DNA of 64,000 nt from Gammaproteobacteria bacterium (GTDB lineage Bacteria > Pseudomonadota > Gammaproteobacteria > Steroidobacterales > Foliamicaceae): NCBI GenBank assembly GCA_965213995.1, contig OZ243929.1:899324-963323 (forward strand), read 5' to 3'. The stretch's first letter is position 1; every line of letters starts with the position of its first letter. The notes beneath the pieces are model-generated. The model ran no database searches. It saw only the letters and a list, made by a program, of their open reading frames with translations, and was not told the DNA's origin. The position numbers were made by a program, and so were the translations under genes. Below, in pieces: positions 13,896-21,800 of the stretch.

Positions 13896-14768
13896 TCAAC
13901 GCGCGGACGCGGCGGCGGCCAGCGCTTCCACGGCATCCGTCAGGAACCAAGCCCCGCAGGCGGTCCAAGCGCCATCTATCGGGATCAATTCGCCGCCTTG
14001 AAGCTGGGCCTTGGCCAGCGGATGGCGCATCGGGCTCCAAGCATGCGGATAATCGGACCGGCTGTCGAAGAAGGCCGGAATCATGAAATCCGGCTGCTCA
14101 TAGACCAGCCGCTCCAGCGGGATCGGCCGCCAGCCCGGTCGGGTCTGGAAATTCTCCAAGCCCGCCGCCGCGATGATCTCGTGGACCAAGGAACCCGGCC
14201 CGGAGGTCACGCCCCCAGGCGTCATGTAAAGCCCGTCAACCCCCGGCGCAGGGGCAGGCAGGGCCGCCAAGCGGTCCTGCATTTCCGCCACGACGGCCCG
14301 CCCCCGTTGCGCCGACCCGAGGACCCGCGCCGTTTCCAGAACCATCTCGGCGACGGTTTCGATATCTTCGGCCCAGGACACATGCTGCACCGGCACCCCG
14401 GCGCGCCGGAGCATCGCCGCCGCCCCGGGCCCGCCGCCGTAGGCGCGCACGACGAGGTCCGGCTTGAGAATAATGACATCCTCGGCAACCGGGCGCACCG
14501 AGGGTAGCCCCTCCGCCTGGGCGCGCATATAGGAAAATTCGCGCCCCGCATCCGGCGACAGGGCCACAATGCGATCCCTTTCGACGAACTTGAGCACATA
14601 CTGGTCGGCGCAAAAGTCGAGGCTGACGATGCGCTGGGGGCGCCGCTCCCCGGAATGCGGCTCCCGCGAATCCGCCCCGCATCCGGCAAGCATCGCCGCC
14701 AGCGCGACCGCTAGCCCGCATATTGCACCAAGCCGCTTGTTGCCTTCCCGATTTTGCCGATTAGTCAA
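13896..14768 (-). CDS. btuF: periplasmic substrate-binding lipoprotein (BtuF-like, Peripla_BP_2)
   Basis: RIVSLDFCADQYVL...DLVVRAYGGG is typical of class III binding proteins. The track ORF (to 15014) overlaps btuB, so I propose a TTG start at 14768-14766. That gives TNRQNREGNKRLGAICGLAVALAAMLAGC with lipobox LAGC. The start is inferred. Confidence 0.7.
   Translation of the reverse strand: MTNRQNREGNKRLGAICGLAVALAAMLAGCGADSREPHSGERRPQRIVSLDFCADQYVLKFVERDRIVALSPDAGREFSYMRAQAEGLPSVRPVAEDVIILKPDLVVRAYGGGPGAAAMLRRAGVPVQHVSWAEDIETVAEMVLETARVLGSAQRGRAVVAEMQDRLAALPAPAPGVDGLYMTPGGVTSGPGSLVHEIIAAAGLENFQTRPGWRPIPLERLVYEQPDFMIPAFFDSRSDYPHAWSPMRHPLAKAQLQGGELIPIDGAWTACGAWFLTDAVEALAAAASAR
14711..14732 (+). 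repeat. 22-nt recurring motif CTAGCCCGCATATTGCACCAAG (copy c)
   Basis: Identical to copy a. Lies inside the btuF signal-peptide codons (KRLGAICGLA) on the opposite strand. Confidence 0.8.
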
Positions 14769-14835
14769 TAGCTTGTGCCCGAATTGCCCGCTTTCCGCCT
14801 GATGCGAAAAGCGCGGGACGGGTTTGCGGCGCGCA

Positions 14836-16686
14836 TCAGTATTGCCACCGCGCGCCCAGCGAGACCGACCGACCGGGCGTTCCGTAGCCGAGGACTTGCT
14901 GGTAATGGGTGTCGAACAGGTTCTCAATGCGCCCGTATATTTCCAAACGCTCGGAAATCTCGTAACGCGCGTTGATGTCGAGGCGCGTCCAAGCATCGAG
15001 CTCGACACCCCCACGGTCCGGCTCCGCGCCGTTGTAGCGCAGCAGCAGGGCGCCTGAGAAGGCGCCCTGCGGATCGAAGTCCAGCAACAGGTCGCCGGAG
15101 TGCTTCGGCAGGCGAATCAAGGGATTGCCGTTGCCTTCCTTGGCCTCAATCCAAGCATAGTCCGCGCGCGCCTCCACATGCTCGTTGAGCGCCCAGCTTG
15201 CCGACACTTCGATGCCTTCGGATTCGACTTCGGCGATATTCCCATAGCCGCCGGCGCTGAAGGAGAAATTGATCAGATCCTCGGTGTATTGGCGAAACAG
15301 CGTGATGCCGACTTGGACGCGCCCCGCGGCCGGCTTCCAATCGAGACCCGCCTCCATGCCGTCGGAACGTTCCGGCCGCAGCGCTTCGTTGGCTGCCGTA
15401 GCGCCGCAGCAGAAGTAAGTCGATTGGAAGATGGTGGGCGCCTTGAAGCCCTGCCCCCAGCTGCCCCGCAGCGTAACCGCAGGGGAGGGCCGATACGAGG
15501 CGGCGAACCGGGCCGTGGTTTCCGACCCGAAGCGGTCGTGATCGTCGGAGCGCACGCCGCCGGTAAGCGTGAGCGGGTCGAAAGGCCTGAATTCGTAGAG
15601 AGCGAACAGTCCGCTGAGCACGCTGCGGTCCATTCTCGCCACCGATCTCTCGCGTTCGGCGCCAGCGGCCAAGGTATTGCGCGGATCGATATGCAATGTG
15701 CCCTGGTAGCGGAGGAGCGTGCGCTCGCCTGCGGAATCGAAGCTGGGGGAGCCGTCGCTCAAGTTCCGGCGATCGATCTCGGCGCGGCCCGCCAGCAGGC
15801 GGTTATCCAGCCGCCCGCCGAACAGCGGCACTTTCAGGGCCACATGCGCCGATCGCTCCATCGTCTCGCTGACTTCATCGCCGTCGCCGACGCTGCCCTG
15901 CGCGCCGGATCGAAAGCTGTCGAAATCCGCCCGCGCGTCGTTCCACAGAATGCTGCTGTCGATGCGCGCCCCGCCCGGCAGATTGAGCCCGGCATTTGCC
16001 GACAGGGCCAAGGAATCGAAGCCGTCTTTCTCCGTATTGCCGTTGCGCTCGTCGGCTTTGGAAATGCCTTCGGTCGTGAATTGCGTGGCGGCGAGCCTGA
16101 AATCCCCGGCATCGCCGCCATGGCTGATGGAGCCGCCGCCCCGAAAGGCATCGAACGAACCCGCCTCGCCGAAAAGGCTTCCCGCCAATCCCCCGCCCGG
16201 CCGCTTGGTGACGATGGACACCACGCCGCCAATGGCATCCGTGCCCCAAAGCGTCGATTGCGGCCCGCTGAGTATCTCGATCCGCTCGATATGCGCGGCA
16301 TCCAAGCGGGCGAAATTGAAACCGCCGCCGGGCGACGAAGCATCGTTGACGGCCACGCCGTCGATCAAAACCAGCGTCTGAGCGCTGGAAGCGCCGCGGA
16401 TGCGCACCGAGGCGACGCCGCCGAAGGCGCCGTTCTGGTTGATGGTCACGCCCGGCGTAGTGGCGATCGCATCGACCGCGTGGCTGAAGCCGAGCTCCTC
16501 CAGCTTGGCGGCATCAAGAACCCGTACCGTCGAGCCGGCCTCCGCGATTGTTTGCTCAATCCGCGTGCCGGTCACGACGATGGTGTCGATCGGGGCCTCG
16601 TCGTCGCCGCCGCCCAGCGTTTGAGCCTGTGCAACCGTGAACAGAAGTGTTTGGGCAGCCAATCCTGCAATCCAGAAAGCGCGCAT
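14836..16686 (-). CDS. btuB: TonB-dependent outer-membrane receptor (vitamin B12 transporter type)
   Basis: Signal peptide, TonB box/plug (DTIVVTGTR), long beta-barrel, terminal aromatic ...GARWQY. Directly downstream of a cobalamin riboswitch. Confidence 0.9.
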   Translation of the reverse strand: MRAFWIAGLAAQTLLFTVAQAQTLGGGDDEAPIDTIVVTGTRIEQTIAEAGSTVRVLDAAKLEELGFSHAVDAIATTPGVTINQNGAFGGVASVRIRGASSAQTLVLIDGVAVNDASSPGGGFNFARLDAAHIERIEILSGPQSTLWGTDAIGGVVSIVTKRPGGGLAGSLFGEAGSFDAFRGGGSISHGGDAGDFRLAATQFTTEGISKADERNGNTEKDGFDSLALSANAGLNLPGGARIDSSILWNDARADFDSFRSGAQGSVGDGDEVSETMERSAHVALKVPLFGGRLDNRLLAGRAEIDRRNLSDGSPSFDSAGERTLLRYQGTLHIDPRNTLAAGAERERSVARMDRSVLSGLFALYEFRPFDPLTLTGGVRSDDHDRFGSETTARFAASYRPSPAVTLRGSWGQGFKAPTIFQSTYFCCGATAANEALRPERSDGMEAGLDWKPAAGRVQVGITLFRQYTEDLINFSFSAGGYGNIAEVESEGIEVSASWALNEHVEARADYAWIEAKEGNGNPLIRLPKHSGDLLLDFDPQGAFSGALLLRYNGAEPDRGGVELDAWTRLDINARYEISERLEIYGRIENLFDTHYQQVLGYGTPGRSVSLGARWQY

Positions 16687-16854
16687 CGTTTATCTCCTCC
16701 CGCGCCCGGCGGGCGCACCGAATGACAAGTCCGGCCCCAACGACTGCAAGCGCCCTCGGGGCTTACCGCATGTCGTTACCAAGGAGAAGGGACATCGGAG
16801 ACTGCCCCGATGCTCGCTCCCGTCCGAAGGCAATGTCCCGACCGACGGACGAAC

Positions 16855-17030
16855 GACGCGATGGCAGGTCTCCTGGCTCGCCGATCAACGCTTTTTGGCC
16901 GCCTTCCCGGAGATATTCCCCAGTGGCATACGGGCCGCAAGCTTCCGGCTCACAGTTGCGGGTACAGCCTCGGATTCACACCGAGTTCCCTATTGGCCAC
17001 CTTGCGCAGGCGGCACCATCTGCCCCGCAT
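16855..17030 (-). promoter_or_regulatory. cobalamin (AdoCbl) riboswitch aptamer in the btuB leader
   Basis: The minus strand reads GGTGCC..AATAGGGAA..GGTGTGAATCC..CCCGCAACTGTGAGCC..GCCACTGGG..CGGGAAGGC..GAGCCAGGAGACCTGCCAT. The last block matches the B12-box consensus AGYCMGGAGACCKGCC. An expression platform follows, then SD GGAGGAG 6 nt before the btuB ATG. Confidence 0.85.
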
Positions 17031-17083
17031 AGTAGCGACCCCATCAGGAAAGTGTCAAGGCGCTGGCCGGGTTCACCACAGCC

Positions 17084-17120
17084 GAACCCGGCCAGTCTCA
17101 CATGTGTCTGAACCCGCACA
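17084..17120 (+). mobile_element. solo IS terminal inverted repeat (IRL-type)
   Basis: GAACCCGGCCAGTCTCACATGTGTCTGAACCCGCACA. Its last 20 nt are identical to 40644-40663, and it is the reverse complement of the IS ends at 36742 and 45644. No transposase is adjacent. Confidence 0.55.
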
Positions 17121-17174
17121 CACCGACTTTATTGGGGTATAGTAGAAAAAACAGCTTTGGAAGGAGAAACCAAC

Positions 17175-17480
17175 ATGAAGCGCAAAGCACCGGAACACAA
17201 ACTCCAGCCTGCCCCCCCCCCCCCCCCGAATCCAAGGCTTGGGCGCGCCCCTCAATCCCCTAACTTAACCTCCGGTCAACGCAAGGCACACCCGGAGGAC
17301 GGGACAAGCCTTACGAAATCGAGCCTTCCTACCCGCCATTGTCATAAAACCAGCCCGACCAGTCCCGGGAAACGGCCTTGGAGCGCTCCCACCGTGGTTG
17401 AGCTTGAGATGTTGGCCGCAGTCACGGCGAGTGGAAAATATGTTTATGACAAGGAGAATAGCTTCTATCGTCCTTCCTGA
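17175..17480 (+). CDS. hypothetical Pro-rich basic protein containing a C16 tract
   Basis: AAGGAG 8 nt upstream of ATG 17175. The C16 run (17212-17227) encodes APPPPP. Only the present tract length keeps a long frame; the other two frames stop within about 45 nt. No recognisable domain, so coding status is uncertain. Confidence 0.35.
   Translation: MKRKAPEHKLQPAPPPPPNPRLGRAPQSPNLTSGQRKAHPEDGTSLTKSSLPTRHCHKTSPTSPGKRPWSAPTVVELEMLAAVTASGKYVYDKENSFYRPS
17212..17227 (+). repeat. homopolymeric C16 tract
   Basis: Counted directly: 9 C at 17212-17220 plus 7 C at 17221-17227. Confidence 0.95.
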
Positions 17481-17579
17481 TTCCTAGCTAGGGTGCGGGG
17501 AGGGCTTCTCCGGGTCGGATCCAAGCCATAGCGCCTCATTGACCACGGCTTTCATGCCCTTGCAGGCGCGGCTCCCGGA

Positions 17580-17831
17580 TCAGAAATCGATGCCGCGCAG
17601 CGCCTTGATCCCCGCTCGGAACGGATGCTTGACGGCCCGCATCTCGCTGACCAAGTCCGCGTATTCGCACAGCCCCGGCTTGGCGCTGCGGCCCGTGAGG
17701 ATCACGCTGGTTCGCGCCGACCGCGCCTCGAGGCCTTCTATGACCGAGGCTTCCGACAAATACCCGTAGCGCAGGGCGATATTGATTTCGTCCAGCACAA
17801 CAAGGTCGTAAGCGACGCGCCGCCTAGCCAA
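17580..17831 (-). pseudogene. cobO: cob(I)yrinic acid a,c-diamide adenosyltransferase, 3' fragment only
   Basis: YDLVVLDEINIALRYGYL...VILTGRSAKPGLCEYADLVSEMRAVKHPFRAGIKALRGIDF matches the last 78 or so residues of CobO/BtuR (about 196 aa). The P-loop N-terminal 120 codons are absent, and an in-frame stop lies immediately upstream. Confidence 0.8.
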
Positions 17832-17869
17832 GCAGCGCTCGCAAGCGCCGATAGGCAGTCGGCATCAAA

Positions 17870-18262
17870 CTATGCGCTTAACACCTCAATTTCCGCGCAG
17901 CTTTGCAATTTCTTGTCGCTTGTGACCAAAGTGAGGCCGAGCACCTTGGCCGAAGCGGCGATGAACCGGTCGGCGGGGTCCTGATTCGCCACAGCGATGC
18001 TTCTGCTGCTTATGGCAATTTCCATGGAAATTGGAACCTCAATAACCGGACTATTCCGCAAAGCCTTGGCGAGCCAGGATTCCGCACGGGTCGCAAGCTC
18101 GATCCTGCCCTTTTCCGCAAGCAACAATACCTCCCAGCAGCTGATCGATGATAGGTGGAGGATGGCATCTTCCGAGGCCAATGCCTTTAGCGTGTTCTCT
18201 TGAATGCGATCCGGCGCAATCAGGCTCCAAATCCATACATGCGTATCAAGCAGCAGATTCAT
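17870..18262 (-). CDS. vapC: PIN-domain toxin, VapC family
   Basis: N-terminal LLLDTHVWIW acidic motif and C-terminal LVTSD. About 130 aa, directly downstream of a Phd/YefM-type antitoxin. Confidence 0.85.
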   Translation of the reverse strand: MNLLLDTHVWIWSLIAPDRIQENTLKALASEDAILHLSSISCWEVLLLAEKGRIELATRAESWLAKALRNSPVIEVPISMEIAISSRSIAVANQDPADRFIAASAKVLGLTLVTSDKKLQSCAEIEVLSA

Positions 18263-18306
18263 GTCTCAATGGATTGATCCGATATTCACCTATCGCGGCT
18301 GCAAAA

Positions 18307-18543
18307 TCAACGCAGAGCTTCCCAATCCTCCAAATCGCCGGTCGGCTCGACAATATCGCCCGGAATCCGGCCCGTGCCTTTCATGCTCCCGATCCAGCCC
18401 GAACCCGCCGGCTTGGGGGGAGGCACGACCCGGGCGACAGGCTTGCCATAGCGGGTGACGAGCACGGGGGTGCCTGTTTCGGAAACCTGCGCTAGGACTG
18501 CGAGGCACTTGGCTTTGAATTGAGAGACGTTGATCTGATTCAT
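18307..18543 (-). CDS. Phd/YefM-family antitoxin
   Basis: ORF 18307..18594 trimmed to ATG (cat 18541-18543). MNQINVSQFKAKCLAVLAQVSETGTPVLVTRYGKPVARVVP is typical of the prevent-host-death family. Confidence 0.8.
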   Translation of the reverse strand: MNQINVSQFKAKCLAVLAQVSETGTPVLVTRYGKPVARVVPPPKPAGSGWIGSMKGTGRIPGDIVEPTGDLEDWEALR

Positions 18544-18638
18544 GCCGACGACGCTAGCATGGTCCACATAAGCAGTCAACACGCATGTTGGCAACTACAG
18601 GGAGCACATAAAGCGTCCGGTCGTATCGTCCGGCGGAA

Positions 18639-18959
18639 TCAGGCAATCAGGCGCGAGTTGATCAGGCGATTGAGGCTGATGCCCTCCTCCGCCGCCTTGA
18701 TCGCAAGCTCGCGATGAGTCGCAGGCGGAATGCGCACAACGAATTTTCCGCTGTAGGCACGCTCGGACAGCGGCTCCGGCGGAGGTTCGCCTGTGGTTTT
18801 CATGTCGGCCAGCACTCCGCCAACCAGTTTACGAATACCCGCCAGCGCCTCGGCAGGGGTAGTAGCGACCCAGCTCAGCGAGGGAAACTCCGCGCAAAGC
18901 CCAATATGCTCTCCATCCTCGGCGGACCAAGTAATTCGATAGGTGTAGTAGTCAGTCAC
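18639..18959 (-). CDS. hicB: HicB-family antitoxin with C-terminal RHH
   Basis: N-terminal HicB fold signature (YRITWSAEDGEHIGLCAEFPSL) and C-terminal RHH-like THRELAIKAAEEGISLNRLI. Overlaps the hicA-like gene by 8 nt. Confidence 0.8.
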   Translation of the reverse strand: MTDYYTYRITWSAEDGEHIGLCAEFPSLSWVATTPAEALAGIRKLVGGVLADMKTTGEPPPEPLSERAYSGKFVVRIPPATHRELAIKAAEEGISLNRLINSRLIA

Positions 18960-19188
18960 GTTGATCCTCCATTTTTTCGATCGCCTTGAGGACTTGGCGA
19001 ACCTGATAGGCCTTGGCCATTCCGCCCCGACTTTGTATATTCACTCTCGGGTCCCCCGGCCACGGCATCCGATATACCCGATGGCTGGTTCCCGACCGCC
19101 GTGGCGCACCGAAATAGGCATCGCATATCCTGCAAAGATCACGGAAACGCACTCCGCCCGGGTTGCGCCGCAGCGAGTCGATATCCAT
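18952..19188 (-). CDS. hicA: HicA-like mRNA interferase toxin
   Basis: 78 aa. GTSHRVYRMPWPGDPRVNIQ and AKAYQVRQVLKAIE resemble the HicA GSHHIF..P...V and C-terminal helix. Sits upstream of hicB in the usual order. Confidence 0.65.
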   Translation of the reverse strand: MDIDSLRRNPGGVRFRDLCRICDAYFGAPRRSGTSHRVYRMPWPGDPRVNIQSRGGMAKAYQVRQVLKAIEKMEDQRD

Positions 19189-19439
19189 ATTCGCCTCCTA
19201 GCGTGTGGCTATGATACCACTATCGATACTAAAGCCTCGGTGCAAACGCCCCGGGCAGTTTGGATGCCGCGGCAACCGCCAAAGAGATCGGTCCAACAGG
19301 CCGACACCGGCCGCCGACAGGGATGGAGCCCGCAATGTGCTGAAGTTTGAGCCAGCTCGAGGCGGACGCAAAGCCAAGAGATAGACTGGCGGGTGTGAGA
19401 TTATTAGGGCAAGCAACGCGGTTAACGCAGGAGGACAAA

Positions 19440-19730
19440 ATGGCTGAATTGCTCTCTTCGGAGGCGGTGGCGGAGCGGCTTGGCGACCTGCCGGGCTGGG
19501 CTCTGGAAGGCGGCAAGCTGCACCGGTCGTTCCGTTTCGCGGATTTCCGGCGCGCCTTCGCCTTCATGGCCGGCGCGGCGCTGGCCGCCGAGCGCCTCAA
19601 CCACCACCCCGAGTGGTTCAACGTGTGGTCGAAGGTGGACGTGCATCTGAGCACGCACGAGGCCGGCGGCATCACCGATCTCGATTTCCGGCTGGCGCAA
19701 GCCATGAACGAACTGGCCGACGCGCTATGA
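19440..19730 (+). CDS. phhB: pterin-4-alpha-carbinolamine dehydratase
   Basis: ORF 19347..19730 trimmed to ATG 19440 (AGGAGGA 6 nt upstream). FRFADFRRAFAFM...NHHPEW...THEAGGIT is the PCD signature. Confidence 0.9.
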   Translation: MAELLSSEAVAERLGDLPGWALEGGKLHRSFRFADFRRAFAFMAGAALAAERLNHHPEWFNVWSKVDVHLSTHEAGGITDLDFRLAQAMNELADAL

Positions 19731-19809
19731 GGGCCATTGACGAACGCGGGGCGGGACCGGCGTTTAACTCACATTCCGAAACATCTGGCGGCTGCGGAGC
19801 GGGCGGGCG

Positions 19810-20832
19810 ATGAAGAGCGCGAATCCCGTCACGCTCACCGGAATCACCACTACCGGCACGCCCCACCTAGGCAACTACGTGGGCGCCATCCGTCCGGCGG
19901 TGGAGGCGAGCCGCAGCGCGCCCGCCGACAGCAGCTTCTTCTTTTTGGCCGATCTTCACGCCCTGGTCAAGAACCGCAACCCCGACAAAGTGGCGCGCTC
20001 CAGCCTGGAGGTGGCCGCCGCTTGGCTGGCGGCGGGCCTGGATACCGAAAACGCCGTGTTCTACCGGCAGTCGGATATTCCCGAAATCCCGGAGTTCACC
20101 TGGATACTCGCCACGCTCACGGCCAAGGGACTGATGAACCGCTCGCACGCCTACAAGGCCGCCAACGACGCCAACCGCGAGGCCGGCGTGGCCGACCTGG
20201 ACCGCGGAGTGACGATGGGGCTTTACTGCTATCCCATTCTGATGGCCGCCGATATCCTCATCTTCAAAGCCAACCGGGTGCCGGTGGGCAAGGACCAGCG
20301 CCAGCATGTGGAAATGGCCCGCGATATCGCCCAGCGCTTCAACCATCACTACGGCGAACTGCTGACCGTGCCGGAAGCGGATATCGACGAGCATCGCGCG
20401 GTGCTGCTGGGGCCGGACGGCCGCAAAATGTCCAAAAGCTATGGCAATGTGGTGCCGCTGTTCTGCCCGGCGAAACAATTGCGAAAATACATTATGCGGG
20501 TGCGGACCAACTCGCAGGCGCCCGGCGAACCCAAGGATCCGGATGACAGCTTGCTGTTCGATATGTACCGCTCGGTGGCGAGCCCGGAGGAAACCGCCGC
20601 CATGCGCGAACGCTACGCGGGCGGCATCGGCTGGGCGGAAATGAAAAACGAGCTTTACGAATACCTTGACGCGCTGCTGGCGCCGGGACGCGAAACATAC
20701 GAGCGCCTGATCGCCAGCCCGGGCGATGTGGAGGCCGAACTCAAGCGCGGCGCCGAGCGGGCACACAGCGTCAGCGAGCCGCTGCTTGGCGAAATCCGCG
20801 CCGCCGTGGGCTTGCGGACGCTCGGCGTATGA
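19810..20832 (+). CDS. trpS: tryptophan--tRNA ligase
   Basis: Class I signatures TGTPHLGNYVG and KMSKS; about 340 aa. Confidence 0.95.
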   Translation: MKSANPVTLTGITTTGTPHLGNYVGAIRPAVEASRSAPADSSFFFLADLHALVKNRNPDKVARSSLEVAAAWLAAGLDTENAVFYRQSDIPEIPEFTWILATLTAKGLMNRSHAYKAANDANREAGVADLDRGVTMGLYCYPILMAADILIFKANRVPVGKDQRQHVEMARDIAQRFNHHYGELLTVPEADIDEHRAVLLGPDGRKMSKSYGNVVPLFCPAKQLRKYIMRVRTNSQAPGEPKDPDDSLLFDMYRSVASPEETAAMRERYAGGIGWAEMKNELYEYLDALLAPGRETYERLIASPGDVEAELKRGAERAHSVSEPLLGEIRAAVGLRTLGV

Positions 20833-20978
20833 GGCGGCCGAACCGTCGAAACACGCGCTAGCGGTCCGGCACGAATCCATTGTGCCGCCCATGCGTCCGC
20901 GATATTTATGCAGCCGGGCGTGTGCGGGCACGCAACATTGATTAAGATACGCAACCCACAAACTCAAGGAGATTTTCC

Positions 20979-21770
20979 ATGCGCGCGCTTCAACTATTTC
21001 CCGGATTTCTGGCTGCCACCTTGCTGGCCGCCGCATGCCAGCAAAGCGGAGAGGCCGCCGCCGAGGCGGCGGAGCCTGCCGAGGAGCCCAAGCCGCTGGT
21101 GCTGGTGGCCGGGGCCACAGGCGGCACCGGTTCGCTGGTGGTTGCCGAGTTGCTGAGGCAAGGGTATCCGGTGCGCGCCTTTGTGCGGGACGCCGCCAAG
21201 GCGTTGGAACGGCTGGGGCCCGAAGTGGAAGCCGTGACCGGCGATCTCAAAGACGTTGCCAGCATCGCCGCGGCGCTTGACGGCGTGGGAGCGGTTATCA
21301 ATGCTGCCGGCGCAGGCGCGGGCGGCGGCGAGGACAACACGCCGGAGAAGGTCGATTACGAGGGCGCGCGCAACCTGGCAGAGGCGGCGCATGCGGCGGG
21401 AGCGAGCCAGTATGTGCTGGTGTCGTCGCGCGGCGTCACCGACGACGACCACTACCTCAACCGCATGTTCAACAACGTGCTGAAGTGGAAGCTCAAGGGC
21501 GAGGAAGCCGTTGCGGCAAGCGGGATCGACTACACCATCGTGCGTCCCGGCGGCCTCGGCGATGGCGAGGGCGGCGGCCAGACGATCGTATTCGAGCAGG
21601 GCGATAACCGCTCCGAGGGCATTTTCATCAACCGCGCCGATGTGGCGCGGGTTTGCGTGGCCGCGCTGCGGCACACCGCCGCCCGCAATAAAGTTTTCGA
21701 AATCCATGCCGCGGACGGCGAGCCGCAAGCGGATTTCGGGCCCGATTTCGAGGCGCTCAGCGGTTCCTGA
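20979..21770 (+). CDS. NAD(P)-binding atypical SDR with lipoprotein-like signal
   Basis: AAGGAG RBS and signal MRALQLFPGFLAATLLAAAC. Rossmann motif LVAGATGGTGSLVV. Confidence 0.75.
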   Translation: MRALQLFPGFLAATLLAAACQQSGEAAAEAAEPAEEPKPLVLVAGATGGTGSLVVAELLRQGYPVRAFVRDAAKALERLGPEVEAVTGDLKDVASIAAALDGVGAVINAAGAGAGGGEDNTPEKVDYEGARNLAEAAHAAGASQYVLVSSRGVTDDDHYLNRMFNNVLKWKLKGEEAVAASGIDYTIVRPGGLGDGEGGGQTIVFEQGDNRSEGIFINRADVARVCVAALRHTAARNKVFEIHAADGEPQADFGPDFEALSGS

Positions 21771-21800
21771 CCTCCGGGCGGCAGGCAGCAACACCGCAGG

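Noticed and set aside
14236-14721. ORF starting at the ATG inside the 22-nt motif (ATGCGGGCTAGC...), as an alternative btuF frame
   Set aside because: Its product is Arg/Gly/Ala low complexity. The other frame gives a proper lipoprotein signal (LAGC lipobox) and a Peripla_BP_2-like domain.
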